A DNA stretch of 64,000 nt from Candidatus Moanibacter sp. (GCA_965215885.1 CBDCEW010000098.1:84957-148956); one strand, 5' to 3'; positions 40,708 to 51,481 are shown, numbered from the stretch's first letter. The notes: generated from the letters alone by a model not told the origin. Made by a program: numbers and translations.

Positions 40708-40938
40708 ATGAGCGCTTTTAACTTCGTTCTTGCAATACTCGTAATCGTATGCGGCACCTTCATTGCGGTTGTGGCAATGATCAAGGGAAAGTCTACGAAG
40801 GTGCGAAAAGAACTCGATGTGGAAGAGACACGATTGATTCAAGAGCTGCACAGGAATCTGAATACCCTCGAGGACCGCATGGAAGCGTTGGAGACAATCA
40901 TATTGGACATCGAGAGAAGGAGAAGAAAAACGAGATGA
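40708..40938 (+). CDS. pspB: PspB-like membrane protein
   Basis: N-terminal TM, LEDRMEALETIILD, located between pspA and pspC. Confidence 0.75.
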   Translation: MSAFNFVLAILVIVCGTFIAVVAMIKGKSTKVRKELDVEETRLIQELHRNLNTLEDRMEALETIILDIERRRRKTR

Positions 40939-41324
40939 CTTATCGATATAACACGGGCCGAAGGACACTTTACCGTTCGCGAAGCGGCATCATATTCGGC
41001 GTCTGTCAGGGATTGGCCAGATACTCCGAGATTCCGATCCTCTGGGTTCGGTTGGCGATGTTGGCCATACTTCTCCTCTCCGGGATCTTTCCAATTGTTG
41101 TGTTATATATCGTTGCCGCCGTATTAATGAAACCTGAACCCGTGATGCCACCCGCGACTCCCGAGGATTGGGACTTCTACAACTCATGGTCGTCAGACCG
41201 GTCGCTCGCAATCGCTCGAATCAAGAAGAAGTTTGAGAAGCTGGAGCGACGCACCCGTCGCATGGAAGATCTCGTCACGGCTCGGGAATTCGACTGGGAT
41301 CAGCGGCTCAACAGCGATTCATAG
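40935..41324 (+). CDS. pspC: Phage shock protein C
   Basis: LYRSR..IFGVCQGLARY, TM segment, RRMEDLVT..F; ATGA overlap with pspB. Confidence 0.88.
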   Translation: MTYRYNTGRRTLYRSRSGIIFGVCQGLARYSEIPILWVRLAMLAILLLSGIFPIVVLYIVAAVLMKPEPVMPPATPEDWDFYNSWSSDRSLAIARIKKKFEKLERRTRRMEDLVTAREFDWDQRLNSDS

Positions 41325-41342
41325 GATCTGCCAATCAAGCCG

Positions 41343-41426
41343 GATCGCGGGGTAAACCCGCTCCTACAGTTGCAATTTCCAATCGAACAGCCGCCAGGGA
41401 TGTAGGAGCGGGTTTACCCCGCGATC
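41343..41426. repeat. REPIN (inverted GTAG-type REP pair)
   Basis: GATCGCGGGGTAAACCCGCTCCTACA ... TGTAGGAGCGGGTTTACCCCGCGATC, perfect 26-bp arms. Confidence 0.85.
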
Positions 41427-41654
41427 GAACTTACCCATCGTGACTCTCAATCCATTCGGCGGGCAAGGGAAGGCTTTGATGGGCGGTGAGATCCGCGGTC
41501 GTAGCAGAAGATTTGTGAAATGTTCGGGTTAAGAGTTCCCAAGGGAGCCATCGAATTTACTCGACCTTTCCGAAAGTGGTAAAAGATAATCGCTTCCCGG
41601 ACAAAAGTCATATTGAATGCCCGGTGGCAAGTTTCACATTTATAGATTCTGAAG

Positions 41655-42749
41655 ATGGAGTTCACTGAACACCCGTTTTTCGAACAGGTTAATTCGGATC
41701 AAGTCGCTGAGTTGGCAGAAATTGCCGTTTTTGAAGAACATTCCCCGAACAAGATTATCTTCGAAGAGGGCAGCCCCTCGGAAGGGCTCTTTCTCGTCCT
41801 GGAAGGCGAAGTAGCTTTCTGCAAGCGCCTGGAGGAAGATAAGTTTCGCGTTATCGGCCAATCGAAAGCAGGGGCATTTTTTGGCGAAGTGGGTTTGTTC
41901 ACGGGCCAGCCGCGAGCGTTGCGGGCGGAGTCACGCGGTAAAGTCGTCCTTGCCAAGATCCCCAAAGATGAGCTTATCAAATTCATGAAGAGCACACCGG
42001 GACCGATTGAGCATATTCTCCAAAGCATCATCAATCACCTTCATGAGACAACCCGCCACTATATGGTCGATATGCTCCAACAGGAAAAGATGGCAGTCGT
42101 GGGAACAATGGTAAATACGATCATTCACGACTTCAAAAACCCATTCTGTCTGATCAGTCTCGGCGCGCAGTTAATGATGCAGATGCACACGGATGAAAAG
42201 TCGCAGAAGTTCTGTCAGAATATTGAAGATCAGATTCAGCGCATGGTGGAAATGGCGGAAGAGTTGACAGATTTCTCCCGGGGAGAACAGGATCTCAAGT
42301 TTACCGAAGTGAATCTGAGTAAGATGTTTAAGGACTTCCGTGATCTGAATATTCTCTTTTTCCAGAATGATAAGATAAACATTGAGATCGATGTTCCCGA
42401 TATAATAATCAAGGGTGAGGAGCGAAAGCTTCTTCGCGTTTTTCAAAACTTGGTGGGAAATGCAATTGAGGCCTTTGGAGACAAAGAGGGACATATCTCA
42501 GTTAAAGGCGAAATCGAACAGGGTGATACTCTACTGGTCAGAATAACTGACAACGGAAATGGCATACCTCCGGAAATTCAGGCACATTTCTGGGAACCGT
42601 TCGTAACACACGGAAAGCGGAAAGGGACCGGTTTAGGGAGCGCCATTGCGAAATCTATCGTGGAGGGTCATGGCGGAAGCATTGAATACGAGACAGAACA
42701 AGGAAAAGGCACAGTATTCTATGTGCGGATTCCCGTAACTCAGCCATAA
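41655..42749 (+). CDS. Cytoplasmic histidine kinase with N-terminal cNMP-binding domain
   Basis: FFGEVGLF...PR; HDFKNP (H box); NLVGNA, DNGNG, GTGLG. Confidence 0.9.
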   Translation: MEFTEHPFFEQVNSDQVAELAEIAVFEEHSPNKIIFEEGSPSEGLFLVLEGEVAFCKRLEEDKFRVIGQSKAGAFFGEVGLFTGQPRALRAESRGKVVLAKIPKDELIKFMKSTPGPIEHILQSIINHLHETTRHYMVDMLQQEKMAVVGTMVNTIIHDFKNPFCLISLGAQLMMQMHTDEKSQKFCQNIEDQIQRMVEMAEELTDFSRGEQDLKFTEVNLSKMFKDFRDLNILFFQNDKINIEIDVPDIIIKGEERKLLRVFQNLVGNAIEAFGDKEGHISVKGEIEQGDTLLVRITDNGNGIPPEIQAHFWEPFVTHGKRKGTGLGSAIAKSIVEGHGGSIEYETEQGKGTVFYVRIPVTQP

Positions 42750-43817
42750 CCGGACTAGCCCGGTAATGAACCCTGCTCCCAACCTTTTGCCCTACCCACG
42801 GCATCCAGCCAGCGTGCATATTTCTCTTCCCGTTCACTCTCGCCGATTAGAGGTTCGAACACGCGGTCGACCCGCCACTGACCTGCGATCTCTTCCGGGT
42901 TCTTCCATACACCAGCTGCTAACCCGGCGAGATAAGCCGCACCGATGGAGGTCGTCTCGGTGACTCTCGGTCTTACTACGGGAACGCCGAGCAGATCAGC
43001 CTGAATCTGCATGAGGAGGTCGTTTTCTGTGGCGCCTCCGTCGACCCGCAATTCCGATATCGCGAGTCCGGTATCATTCCGCATCGCCCGCACTAAATCC
43101 ACAACCTGAAACGCGATTGCTTCCAGCGCAGCGCGTGCGACATGTCCATCCGTGGTGGCACGACTGATTCCTACCAGTATTCCACGGGCGTAGGGGTCCC
43201 AATAAGGAGCTCCCAGACCGGTAAATGCCGGCACCAGCACCAACCCACCGGAATCAGCAACCGAACTCGCCAATGCTTCAATCTCCGCTGCGTTGTCGAT
43301 TATACCGAGGCCGTCCCTGAGCCATTGGACGACGGCTCCGCCAATAAAGACGCTACCTTCCAGGGCAAAACTGCGGAAGTTTCCAATCTGCCATGCCACG
43401 GTGGAGAGGAGATTATTTTTTGACACCTTCACCTCGGTTCCGGTATTGACAAGCATGAAACATCCAGTGCCGTAGGTGCACTTGTTCATGCCCGGTTTAA
43501 GGCATAATTGCCCAAATAACGCAGCTTGCTGATCTCCTGCCACTCCGGCAATGGGTACGGGGCTTGAAAAAATACCCTCCCCAGTGTTTCCGCAAATGCC
43601 GCTTGACGGAGAGATCTCGGGTAGTACCGAAGATGGGATATCGAGCAGTTCGAGAAGCTCTTCATCCCATCCCCCCGTGTGAATGTTGTATAGCAAAGTT
43701 CGTGAGGCATTTGAAGCATCGGTCGTATGCCTGGTTTCCCCAGTAAGTTTCCAAATGAGCCACGAATCGACCGTCCCGAAAGCGAGATCTCCGGCATCTG
43801 CCCTTTCCCGCTGAGCG

Positions 43818-45423
43818 CATTTGCGTTAACCTAAGGAGAAGAAACAAGAGAGGAAATCAAGTCGAGAACGCTTTTCATAGGTGCAGTGTTTGGGGATTTG
43901 TTTGAGCCATCGGGGGATGATCTGATCTTTGGGAATGTGAGAGAGGATGAAGAAGTAGGGAGCAAAGAAGCCAAACCAGTAGGAGAATTTAAGGATACTC
44001 AGAGGAGAGGACAAACTGGTATTCGAATAGTGTCTAAGGGGACCATAGACGAAGTTGAGTAAGTGGGTAATGAGGATGAGACGGGCGTAGATAAGAAGCT
44101 CAACCTGGTAGGGAGTAGTCTCTTTGACCTGACCGAGATTAAGATGTTGCTTAAAGGCCTTAAAGAAAATTTCGATGCGCCAGCGAAGCCCGTAAAAGCT
44201 CAGAATCTGCTTAGGGCTAAAGTCTTTCTGATGGAGGTTTGTAATAAAGATTTGGAAACCGAGAAGGAAGCTGGTGCGGCTGGTATATCGAAGTCTATTG
44301 TCGCGGTTTTGTCTATGCTCGCGGCGGCGTTTATGGGCCACCTTCTGAGGGAGTTTGACGGCGATCAGACGAACCGGAAGCTTGGCTTTTTTACCCACCC
44401 GAACGGGCATATCGAGAAGCTTTTGGCCACGTAAAAGTTTGCGTAGATCGAGCTCTTCATCGCCTTCGTTGGCTAAAAGGCAAGTGCCGGTTTTCAAACG
44501 ACTCACAAAGAAGCAGCCGCGCTGATCGAGTTGCTTAAAGACATCGAGGACAAAATAGCCTAAGTCGCGCAGGATCAAGTCGTTGGGTTGAGCGAGAGCG
44601 AGAATGTCTTTGGAAGCAGCCTGATCGTTTTTTCGGAAGCTACTGAGGCTGAAGTCAACGAAGGATTCATTGCGCAGATCGTAATAGGCCTGAATCTTCA
44701 GTTGAGCCTGTTTGGAGCCTGTCTGATTGGACGCTCCGGGGAAGAAGGGGGCCAGGACCTTAGGCAAGCCAATCGAAGTGCTGTCGGCAATGAGAACCCG
44801 TTCAAAGCTCCTCATGCAATTTGGAACAGCTCTGCCCACAGGCCCATAAGCTTTAAGTTCTAAAAGCCTCAGGAGCACTAAGGTCATAAAAGCGGTGGCT
44901 TTTTTGGCGCACTTTTGGACCGCTTGTCTGGAAATGGTGCGGTTGGCTAAGAATCCAATAAGCTCGGCTTCTTTGCCAAGGGACAAGGCCCCCTTAGAAG
45001 CCATCGCCAGCAAAGCCAAAACAAAGTTCAGAGGGGAGATCTTGCGCGATTTCCTCTCTCTAAAACCACTCTGTTTAGCGAGGGCTGTGAGGTTCAACTT
45101 ACGGAAGGTTTGACGGATACAATCAGCTTTTTTTATACTTTGCATCCGAAGGATAAATCCTATACATGAACGAATGTACAGTATGAAATGCTGCCAAAGT
45201 GAAAAAAAATGGGGTAGACGGTAAAAGTAGAGAAGATAACCCGGCCAAAATGCACTCGCTCAACTGCGAATTTCCTCACCGCTGTGGTCGAAACGAAGCA
45301 AATAGAAAAGGGCGAACAAATGGAGTGGAACCTCGAGGATAGAGACACCCTCATACTCCGCCGCAAAATACCTCGCAAGTCTTTGAATCTGACTAAGTTG
45401 CGAAAATAAGGTTTACGCGTATG
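43818..45423 (-). mobile_element. Complete IS4-family element, 1606 bp
   Basis: TIR CATTTGCGTTAACCT / CATACGCGTAAACCT; 9-bp target duplication CGCTGAGCG at 43809-43817 and 45424-45432. Confidence 0.92.
43826..45145 (-). CDS. IS4-family DDE transposase
   Basis: ADST, RDLGYF, YGLRWRIEIFFKAFK. Confidence 0.92.
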   Translation of the reverse strand: MQSIKKADCIRQTFRKLNLTALAKQSGFRERKSRKISPLNFVLALLAMASKGALSLGKEAELIGFLANRTISRQAVQKCAKKATAFMTLVLLRLLELKAYGPVGRAVPNCMRSFERVLIADSTSIGLPKVLAPFFPGASNQTGSKQAQLKIQAYYDLRNESFVDFSLSSFRKNDQAASKDILALAQPNDLILRDLGYFVLDVFKQLDQRGCFFVSRLKTGTCLLANEGDEELDLRKLLRGQKLLDMPVRVGKKAKLPVRLIAVKLPQKVAHKRRREHRQNRDNRLRYTSRTSFLLGFQIFITNLHQKDFSPKQILSFYGLRWRIEIFFKAFKQHLNLGQVKETTPYQVELLIYARLILITHLLNFVYGPLRHYSNTSLSSPLSILKFSYWFGFFAPYFFILSHIPKDQIIPRWLKQIPKHCTYEKRSRLDFLSCFFSLG

Positions 45424-45887
45424 CGCTGAGCGGGATTTGATCGAGAAGCCATTTGAGCTTGGTGCCTGAAAAATAAGCATCCAATACGAGGCCGGTTTTC
45501 TCCTGGATGAGTGGCGCGTAACCGTCCGTTCTCAGTCTGTTGCACTCTTCAGCCGTCCTTCGATCCTGCCATACGATAGCCGGACAGATTGGGATTCCGG
45601 TTGCGCGATCCCATACAATCGTCGTCTCCCTCTGGTTGGTTATTCCGAGAGCGGAAATGGCATCGCCTGCAATGCGCTCGTCTTCTAAAACCTCCCGGGC
45701 GACTGCCAATTGGCTCTCCCAGATCTCGAATGGGTCATGCTCAACCCAGCCGGATTTCGGAAAATGCTGAGTCAATTCCCTCTGTGCGATCGCTCTGACA
45801 GTGCCATCTTCGCCGAAGAGAATTGCTCGGGAACTGGTGGTTCCTTGATCGAGCGCGAGGATATACGACATGGGAAGCGTAATACGG

Positions 45888-47474
45888 CTATTCCTCTACC
45901 TTTTCATTGAGGAGTTTATACTCGACGGAATCCTTGAGCGCTTCCCAACTGGCCACAATGATATTGTCACTCGCCCCAACCGTTCCCCAGATTTCCTTAC
46001 CGTCGCTCGATTCTATCTGCACTCTTATTGTAGCATCCGTGCCTTCACCGCTTTCAAGGATGCGAACTTTAAAGTCGCTCAACGTGACCTCCTTTATGGC
46101 TGGATATGCCTTTTCAAGCGCCTTACGCAGGGCGTGGTCAAGCGCACCCACGGGCCCTCTCGATTCCGCTACCTCATGGCAGACCCTTCCATCGATCTTC
46201 AGTTTCACGGTGGCCTCGGAAAGTGTCTCATCGCGATTCTCGTCCCGTTCGATGATTACACGATAACCCAGTACTTCGAATGTGTCGCTTTTCTGTGAAA
46301 GCCATTTTGAGAGAAGGAGCTTAAATGATGCATCGGAAGCTTCATATTCGTAACCTCGATGTTCGAGCCTCTTCAATTCATTGAGGAATTCGCGAATGTT
46401 GTCCGAATCTTCCTCGACTGCGACGCCGAGCTCCTGAGCCTTCATCATGATACTTCCACGGCCCGACAGATCGGAGATGAGTACACGCTTTCGATTCCCC
46501 ACGAGAGCCGGATCAATGTGCTCATAACTGCCGGGCGATTTCTTCGCCGCATCGGCATGCATGCCCCCCTTGTGGGCGAAAGAACTCGCTCCGACAAACG
46601 GCGCGCGAGTGTTCGGGCGCAGATTAGTCATGTCGTCGACGAATAGCGACAGATCGCGCAAATCACGGAGGTTCGATTGGCAGGTGGCTGAATAATCCAT
46701 TTTGATTAACAAATTCGGGATAATAGTGGTAAGATTAGCGTTGCCGTTGCGCTCCCCGTAACCGTTCATCGTCCCTTGGACCATGGTTGCTCCCGCCCGC
46801 ACTCCGGCCAACGATACCGCTACCCCGACCCCGGAATCATCGTGGCAATGCACGCCGAGTTTCCCGCCGGGAAAGCGTCTGCATACAGCCTCGGTAATGT
46901 CGCTCACCTCATCCGGCATTTTCCCTCCGTTGGTGTCACAGATGACGAGCCACTCCGCCCCGGCCTGTTGTGCGGCAGCCAATGTTTCCAGAGCATAATC
47001 CGCGTCGTCTGTGTAGCCATCGCAAAAATGCTCGGCGTCAAAAATCACCTCCCTGTCGTTTGCGCGGAGAAAGTGAACTGTATCTTCGATCATCCGAAGG
47101 TTCTCCTCCGGGGTCGTCCGCAAGACTTCCCTTACATGAAGAAGCCAGCTCTTTCCGAAAATGGTCACAACCGGTGTTTCCGCTTCGAGGAGCAAACGGA
47201 GCTGGGGATCCTCGTCCGCCTTGAGACTGGCTCGACGGGTGGAGCCGAAAGCAGCCAGTTTGGCATGCTTAAAATTCAGCTTCCGGGCCTGCTCATAGAA
47301 TGCCAGATCCCGGGAGTTCGAACCCGGGAACCCGCCTTCGATGTAATTGATGCCAAACTGATCCATTTTTTCCGTTAAGCGAATCTTCGATGCTACGGAA
47401 AATGAAATACCTTCTCCCTGCGTGCCGTCACGAAGGGTTGTGTCATAAATAAGGATATCTTTGTTATTATTCAT
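45888..47474 (-). CDS. cimA: Citramalate synthase
   Basis: [40 protein letters not shown]. Confidence 0.9.
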   Translation of the reverse strand: MNNNKDILIYDTTLRDGTQGEGISFSVASKIRLTEKMDQFGINYIEGGFPGSNSRDLAFYEQARKLNFKHAKLAAFGSTRRASLKADEDPQLRLLLEAETPVVTIFGKSWLLHVREVLRTTPEENLRMIEDTVHFLRANDREVIFDAEHFCDGYTDDADYALETLAAAQQAGAEWLVICDTNGGKMPDEVSDITEAVCRRFPGGKLGVHCHDDSGVGVAVSLAGVRAGATMVQGTMNGYGERNGNANLTTIIPNLLIKMDYSATCQSNLRDLRDLSLFVDDMTNLRPNTRAPFVGASSFAHKGGMHADAAKKSPGSYEHIDPALVGNRKRVLISDLSGRGSIMMKAQELGVAVEEDSDNIREFLNELKRLEHRGYEYEASDASFKLLLSKWLSQKSDTFEVLGYRVIIERDENRDETLSEATVKLKIDGRVCHEVAESRGPVGALDHALRKALEKAYPAIKEVTLSDFKVRILESGEGTDATIRVQIESSDGKEIWGTVGASDNIIVASWEALKDSVEYKLLNEKVEE

Positions 47475-47525
47475 CAGATTAGATTGTTGAAATTCAGTAC
47501 AGGAGATCGCGTTATGGATCTATTC

Positions 47526-48887
47526 TCATGCCACGGCATGTTTTCTGATGAAATTCTGGATAGCCGATTTTTCAGCCGGGATGCGGTACTTCACGACTTT
47601 GCGTTCTTTCAGGATCTCCAGAGCTTGCGATATCGGCTTTCGTCCGATCGCCTCAGTAATTGTTTCGGGAAACTTCGCCGGGTGCGCGGTAGCGAGAACG
47701 ACGTTGGTCCTGTCATCGTCGATTTCCTTGAATGCGCATGCCGTATGGGGATCAACGATATAGTCATAACGCTCATAGACATTTCGAATAATCGCGGTAA
47801 TCTCCCCGTCGTCAGTCCGAGAAACCCTGAACGTATCCGGCTCGAAATTCTGAAATCGATAGGTCCCGGTGTTCTTGAACTCTCCCATGATCTCTTCCAC
47901 TCTCACAGGTTCCCGGCTCTCTTCATAAAAGATAAACCGCTCGAAATTTGACGCCACCTGGATATCCATGGAAGGGGCATAACTCGGTTGCACTTCCCCC
48001 AGTTCATAGACGCCCGTGCGAAACAACCGGTAGAGAATATCATTTCGATTGGTCGAGATCTTAAATCCTCTCACAGGAAGGCCCATTTTCTGCGCCAACC
48101 ACCCCGCCAGCACATTTCCGAAATTCCCCGTCGGCACAACGAATTCGACATTATTTCTTTGGTCTTTCGGAACTTGGAACCATGCGAATATATAGTATAC
48201 GCATTGCGCGATTATTCGGACCAGATTTATCGAATTGACCGCCGACAGATTATATCGCTCGCGAAACTTGTGATCTTCAAAGGATTCTTTTAATGCATTC
48301 TGGGCATCGTCAAATGATCCTTCGATGGCGAGAGGATACACGTTTTCAGCTTCCGTGCAGGTCATTTGCCTCTCCTGAAGAGGCGAAATGCAACCATCGG
48401 GGTATAAAATGAAAATGCTCACTCCGGACTTTCCGAGGAGGCCGTGGATAGCGGCGGCACCGGTGTCTCCTGAAGTGGCGCCCAAAACATTCAAACGCCG
48501 CCCTGTCAATTCGATCTGTTTTTCATAGAGGTTCCCCAATAGCTGGAGAGCGAAATCCTTGAAAGCAAGGGTTGGACCGTGAAACAGTTCCAGAACGAAT
48601 AGATTCTCATCCAGCTCGTGTAGCGGCGCCACTAGTGAGTGATCAAAATTGCGATACGATCGAGCGACGATTTCCCTGAGGCATCCCGATTCGATCTCGT
48701 CAGAAAAAAGCGAAACAAATCGAAGGGTCAGTTCGTCGTAGGGCAGATTTTCCCACCCGGGCAGCAGCGATGAAATGTCGGGCAATTCCTCTGGAAGGAA
48801 GAGCCCACCATCCGGAGCCAATCCGAGTGCTACTGCTTCCGAGAAGCTCACCGGTTCGGACCTGCCCCTTGTGCTGATAAATTTCAT
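47526..48887 (-). CDS. thrC: Threonine synthase
   Basis: ELFHGPTLAFKD, ATSGDTG, VPTGNFGN, ATAHPAKF. Confidence 0.96.
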   Translation of the reverse strand: MKFISTRGRSEPVSFSEAVALGLAPDGGLFLPEELPDISSLLPGWENLPYDELTLRFVSLFSDEIESGCLREIVARSYRNFDHSLVAPLHELDENLFVLELFHGPTLAFKDFALQLLGNLYEKQIELTGRRLNVLGATSGDTGAAAIHGLLGKSGVSIFILYPDGCISPLQERQMTCTEAENVYPLAIEGSFDDAQNALKESFEDHKFRERYNLSAVNSINLVRIIAQCVYYIFAWFQVPKDQRNNVEFVVPTGNFGNVLAGWLAQKMGLPVRGFKISTNRNDILYRLFRTGVYELGEVQPSYAPSMDIQVASNFERFIFYEESREPVRVEEIMGEFKNTGTYRFQNFEPDTFRVSRTDDGEITAIIRNVYERYDYIVDPHTACAFKEIDDDRTNVVLATAHPAKFPETITEAIGRKPISQALEILKERKVVKYRIPAEKSAIQNFIRKHAVA

Positions 48888-50104
48888 GTTCTCTCTCCCA
48901 GGCCGAAAGCCCGGTGGGCGATTCGTAAGCCCTCTTCCGCCTTACTGAGCTCAATAGCCACTGAGATCTTTATCTCGGAAGTGCTGATAATCTGGATGTT
49001 GATTCCGGCTTCCGCCAGAGCCGAAAATAACTTTGCCGCCACACCGGAATGGCTCCGCATACCGACCCCAATCACGGAGAGCTTCGCGATCCGATCCGCT
49101 ACCGACACAACACCACCGCCAATTTCCTTCAAAACTTCGGATGTCGCCCGCTCCGCTCGATAGGCATCGTCGATGGGCACGGTAAAGGTCATGTTGGCAC
49201 GCCCCGCCCGACCGATATTCTGAACGATCATGTCTACGTTAATGTCAGCATCGGCCAGCTTTTGAAAGAGCTTGGCTGCGGTACCCGGCTGATCCGGCAC
49301 CTCATTGACAACGATCTTGACCTGGTCGCTGTCGAGCGCGGCGGCACGCACGAATACATCCTCCATCGATTCTGCTTCTTCCTTCACAATTGTACCTGGG
49401 TTATTGTTGAAACTCGAGCATACTTCAAAATCGACCGCATACTTCTTGGCCAGTTCGACGGCACGAGACTGCATGACTTTGGAGCCGAGGCTCGCCATTT
49501 CCAGCATCTCATCATAGGTGATCGCCGACAACTGCCGGGCCTCGGAAACCACCCGGGGATCGGCCGTAAAGACTCCATCGACGTCACTACAAATCTGACA
49601 GAGATCGGCATTGAGGACAGCAGCCATTGCAATGGCGGTGAGATCCGAGGCTCCGCGTCCAAATGTTGTAATCTGCTTGGCATTATCGATCCCTTGAAAT
49701 CCGGCCAGAATTACCACCTTTCCCGAGTCCAACTGTTCTCGAATGTCACCACCGTCAATGCTCATTATCCTGGCCCGCGTGTGATTGGAATTCGTATTGA
49801 TACCGGCCTCTCTACCCGTTCTCGAAACTGCCGGCACGCCTACCCGCTGCAATGCAATCGCGGTCAGCGCGATCGTCTCCTGTTCTCCGATCGAAAGGAG
49901 TACATCCAGCTCTCGTCTGTCCGGTTCTGCGTGCAAACTCCGCGCATCCGCCAGGAGACGATTTGTAACACCGGCTCGTGCCGAGACAACGACCAGAATC
50001 TGGTTCCCTTCGTCTCGCACGGTTTTGATGCGTTGTGCAACACTTCGAATGCGTTCGAGGTCACCTAAGGAAGTGCCACCGTATTTCTGGACTACCAATG
50101 CCAT
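48884..50104 (-). CDS. lysC: Aspartate kinase
   Basis: VQKYGGTS, DVDGVFTADPR, two ACT domains, STSEIKIS. Confidence 0.94.
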   Translation of the reverse strand: MALVVQKYGGTSLGDLERIRSVAQRIKTVRDEGNQILVVVSARAGVTNRLLADARSLHAEPDRRELDVLLSIGEQETIALTAIALQRVGVPAVSRTGREAGINTNSNHTRARIMSIDGGDIREQLDSGKVVILAGFQGIDNAKQITTFGRGASDLTAIAMAAVLNADLCQICSDVDGVFTADPRVVSEARQLSAITYDEMLEMASLGSKVMQSRAVELAKKYAVDFEVCSSFNNNPGTIVKEEAESMEDVFVRAAALDSDQVKIVVNEVPDQPGTAAKLFQKLADADINVDMIVQNIGRAGRANMTFTVPIDDAYRAERATSEVLKEIGGGVVSVADRIAKLSVIGVGMRSHSGVAAKLFSALAEAGINIQIISTSEIKISVAIELSKAEEGLRIAHRAFGLGERT

Positions 50105-50107
50105 ATG

Positions 50108-51439
50108 CTAATCCTCAAAATCTACGATTCTTAAGAGAAATGGCGCTTTGCGCACAGACTTCAGCCGCTTCAGGTCGTGGATGGTGTTTCTGATGCTGTT
50201 CTCGTTGCTGGTGTGTGTGGTTAGTATAAGCGTCGCTGATTTTTTCCCGCTTACCTTTGGCTGATTCACGCTGGCGATGCTCACGTCGTGATTTGCCATT
50301 TCGGCAGCCACCTCCGCAAGTACGCCCGGCCGGTCTACTACACTTAACCTCAGATAGTATTGGCAAAATATTTCGGACAGATCGGCAATTTCTACTCCGC
50401 GACCGAGGTGGCTGTAGAACTCGCCCGGCGAATGCGAAATTACCGCTCCCTCCGATGCGCTGAGAGCCGCCACTGCATCGGTAATATCGCTGATCACCGC
50501 GCTTGCGGTAGCATCCTGGCCGGCGCCGCGTCCAATATGAACTGTGGTTCCGACCACGTCACCACTGATACTTACGCCGTTATAGACCTCATCCACATTT
50601 GCGAGGACCTTGCTCTTCGGGATAAGCGTGGGATGGACGCGAACAGAGATGTTTTTTGAATTCTTATCCCGCTCGATGATCCCGAGCAGTTTTACCTTAT
50701 AGCCAAGGCTGTCCGCCCACTCGATATCTTCCAGCGTTACGCCACGGATTCCCTCTACCTGGGTAGCTTTCAAATCCACCCAGATTCCATGAGCGAGAAA
50801 TGCCAGGATCACGGCCTTATGCGCCGTGTCCCATCCATCCAAATCAAGTGATTCATCTGCCTCGACGTAGCCTAAGCGCCTCGCCTCGGCTACCGTCCTG
50901 TCAAACGTCAGGCCTTCGCGCTTCATCCTGGTGAGAATATAGTTACACGTACCATTCAGAATCCCGTAGACGAGATCGAATCGATTGGCCACCAGCCCCT
51001 CACGGATCACCTTGATGATGGGAATTCCACCCGCAACGCTCGCCTCAAAGAAAAAGTGTCCCCCGTGTTCGTGAGCGGCGGCGAAGATTATCTCTCCATG
51101 TTCACAGATCAACGCTTTATTGGCGGACACGACTGCTTTTCCACGCTTAAGCGCTGCCAGGGTCACTCTTCTGGCAAGGGTCGTGCCGCCGATCAGTTCG
51201 CAGACGATATCGATATTCGGATCCGTCGCTACCGACATGGGATCATCCGTAAGACGCGAAGGGTAAATTCTTATTTGCCGCTTCTTCTTCAGATCGCGCA
51301 CGGCGGCACGCTGCATTTCGATGCGGACTCCTAACCTTCGTTCCAGAGCTGTACGATTTCGCTGCATGTGTTTCCACACGCCCTGGCCAACGACACCGAG
51401 GCCCACAAGCCCAATTGAAATATGTGGCTTTTTTCCCAT
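50108..51439 (-). CDS. hom: Homoserine dehydrogenase
   Basis: GLGVVG, ANKA, EASVAGGIPII, LNGTCNYIL, C-terminal ACT. Confidence 0.95.
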   Translation of the reverse strand: MGKKPHISIGLVGLGVVGQGVWKHMQRNRTALERRLGVRIEMQRAAVRDLKKKRQIRIYPSRLTDDPMSVATDPNIDIVCELIGGTTLARRVTLAALKRGKAVVSANKALICEHGEIIFAAAHEHGGHFFFEASVAGGIPIIKVIREGLVANRFDLVYGILNGTCNYILTRMKREGLTFDRTVAEARRLGYVEADESLDLDGWDTAHKAVILAFLAHGIWVDLKATQVEGIRGVTLEDIEWADSLGYKVKLLGIIERDKNSKNISVRVHPTLIPKSKVLANVDEVYNGVSISGDVVGTTVHIGRGAGQDATASAVISDITDAVAALSASEGAVISHSPGEFYSHLGRGVEIADLSEIFCQYYLRLSVVDRPGVLAEVAAEMANHDVSIASVNQPKVSGKKSATLILTTHTSNENSIRNTIHDLKRLKSVRKAPFLLRIVDFED

Positions 51440-51481
51440 ACTAAATACCCTGTTTTCTAATGCTCACGCTAATAACCCAGG

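Larger units (their letters stand above)
42755..45871 (-). pseudogene. glpK: Glycerol kinase interrupted by an IS4-family element
   Basis: DQGTTSSRA...DAYFSGTK (45871-45424) and [10 protein letters not shown]...[16 protein letters not shown] (43817-42755). Confidence 0.93.
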
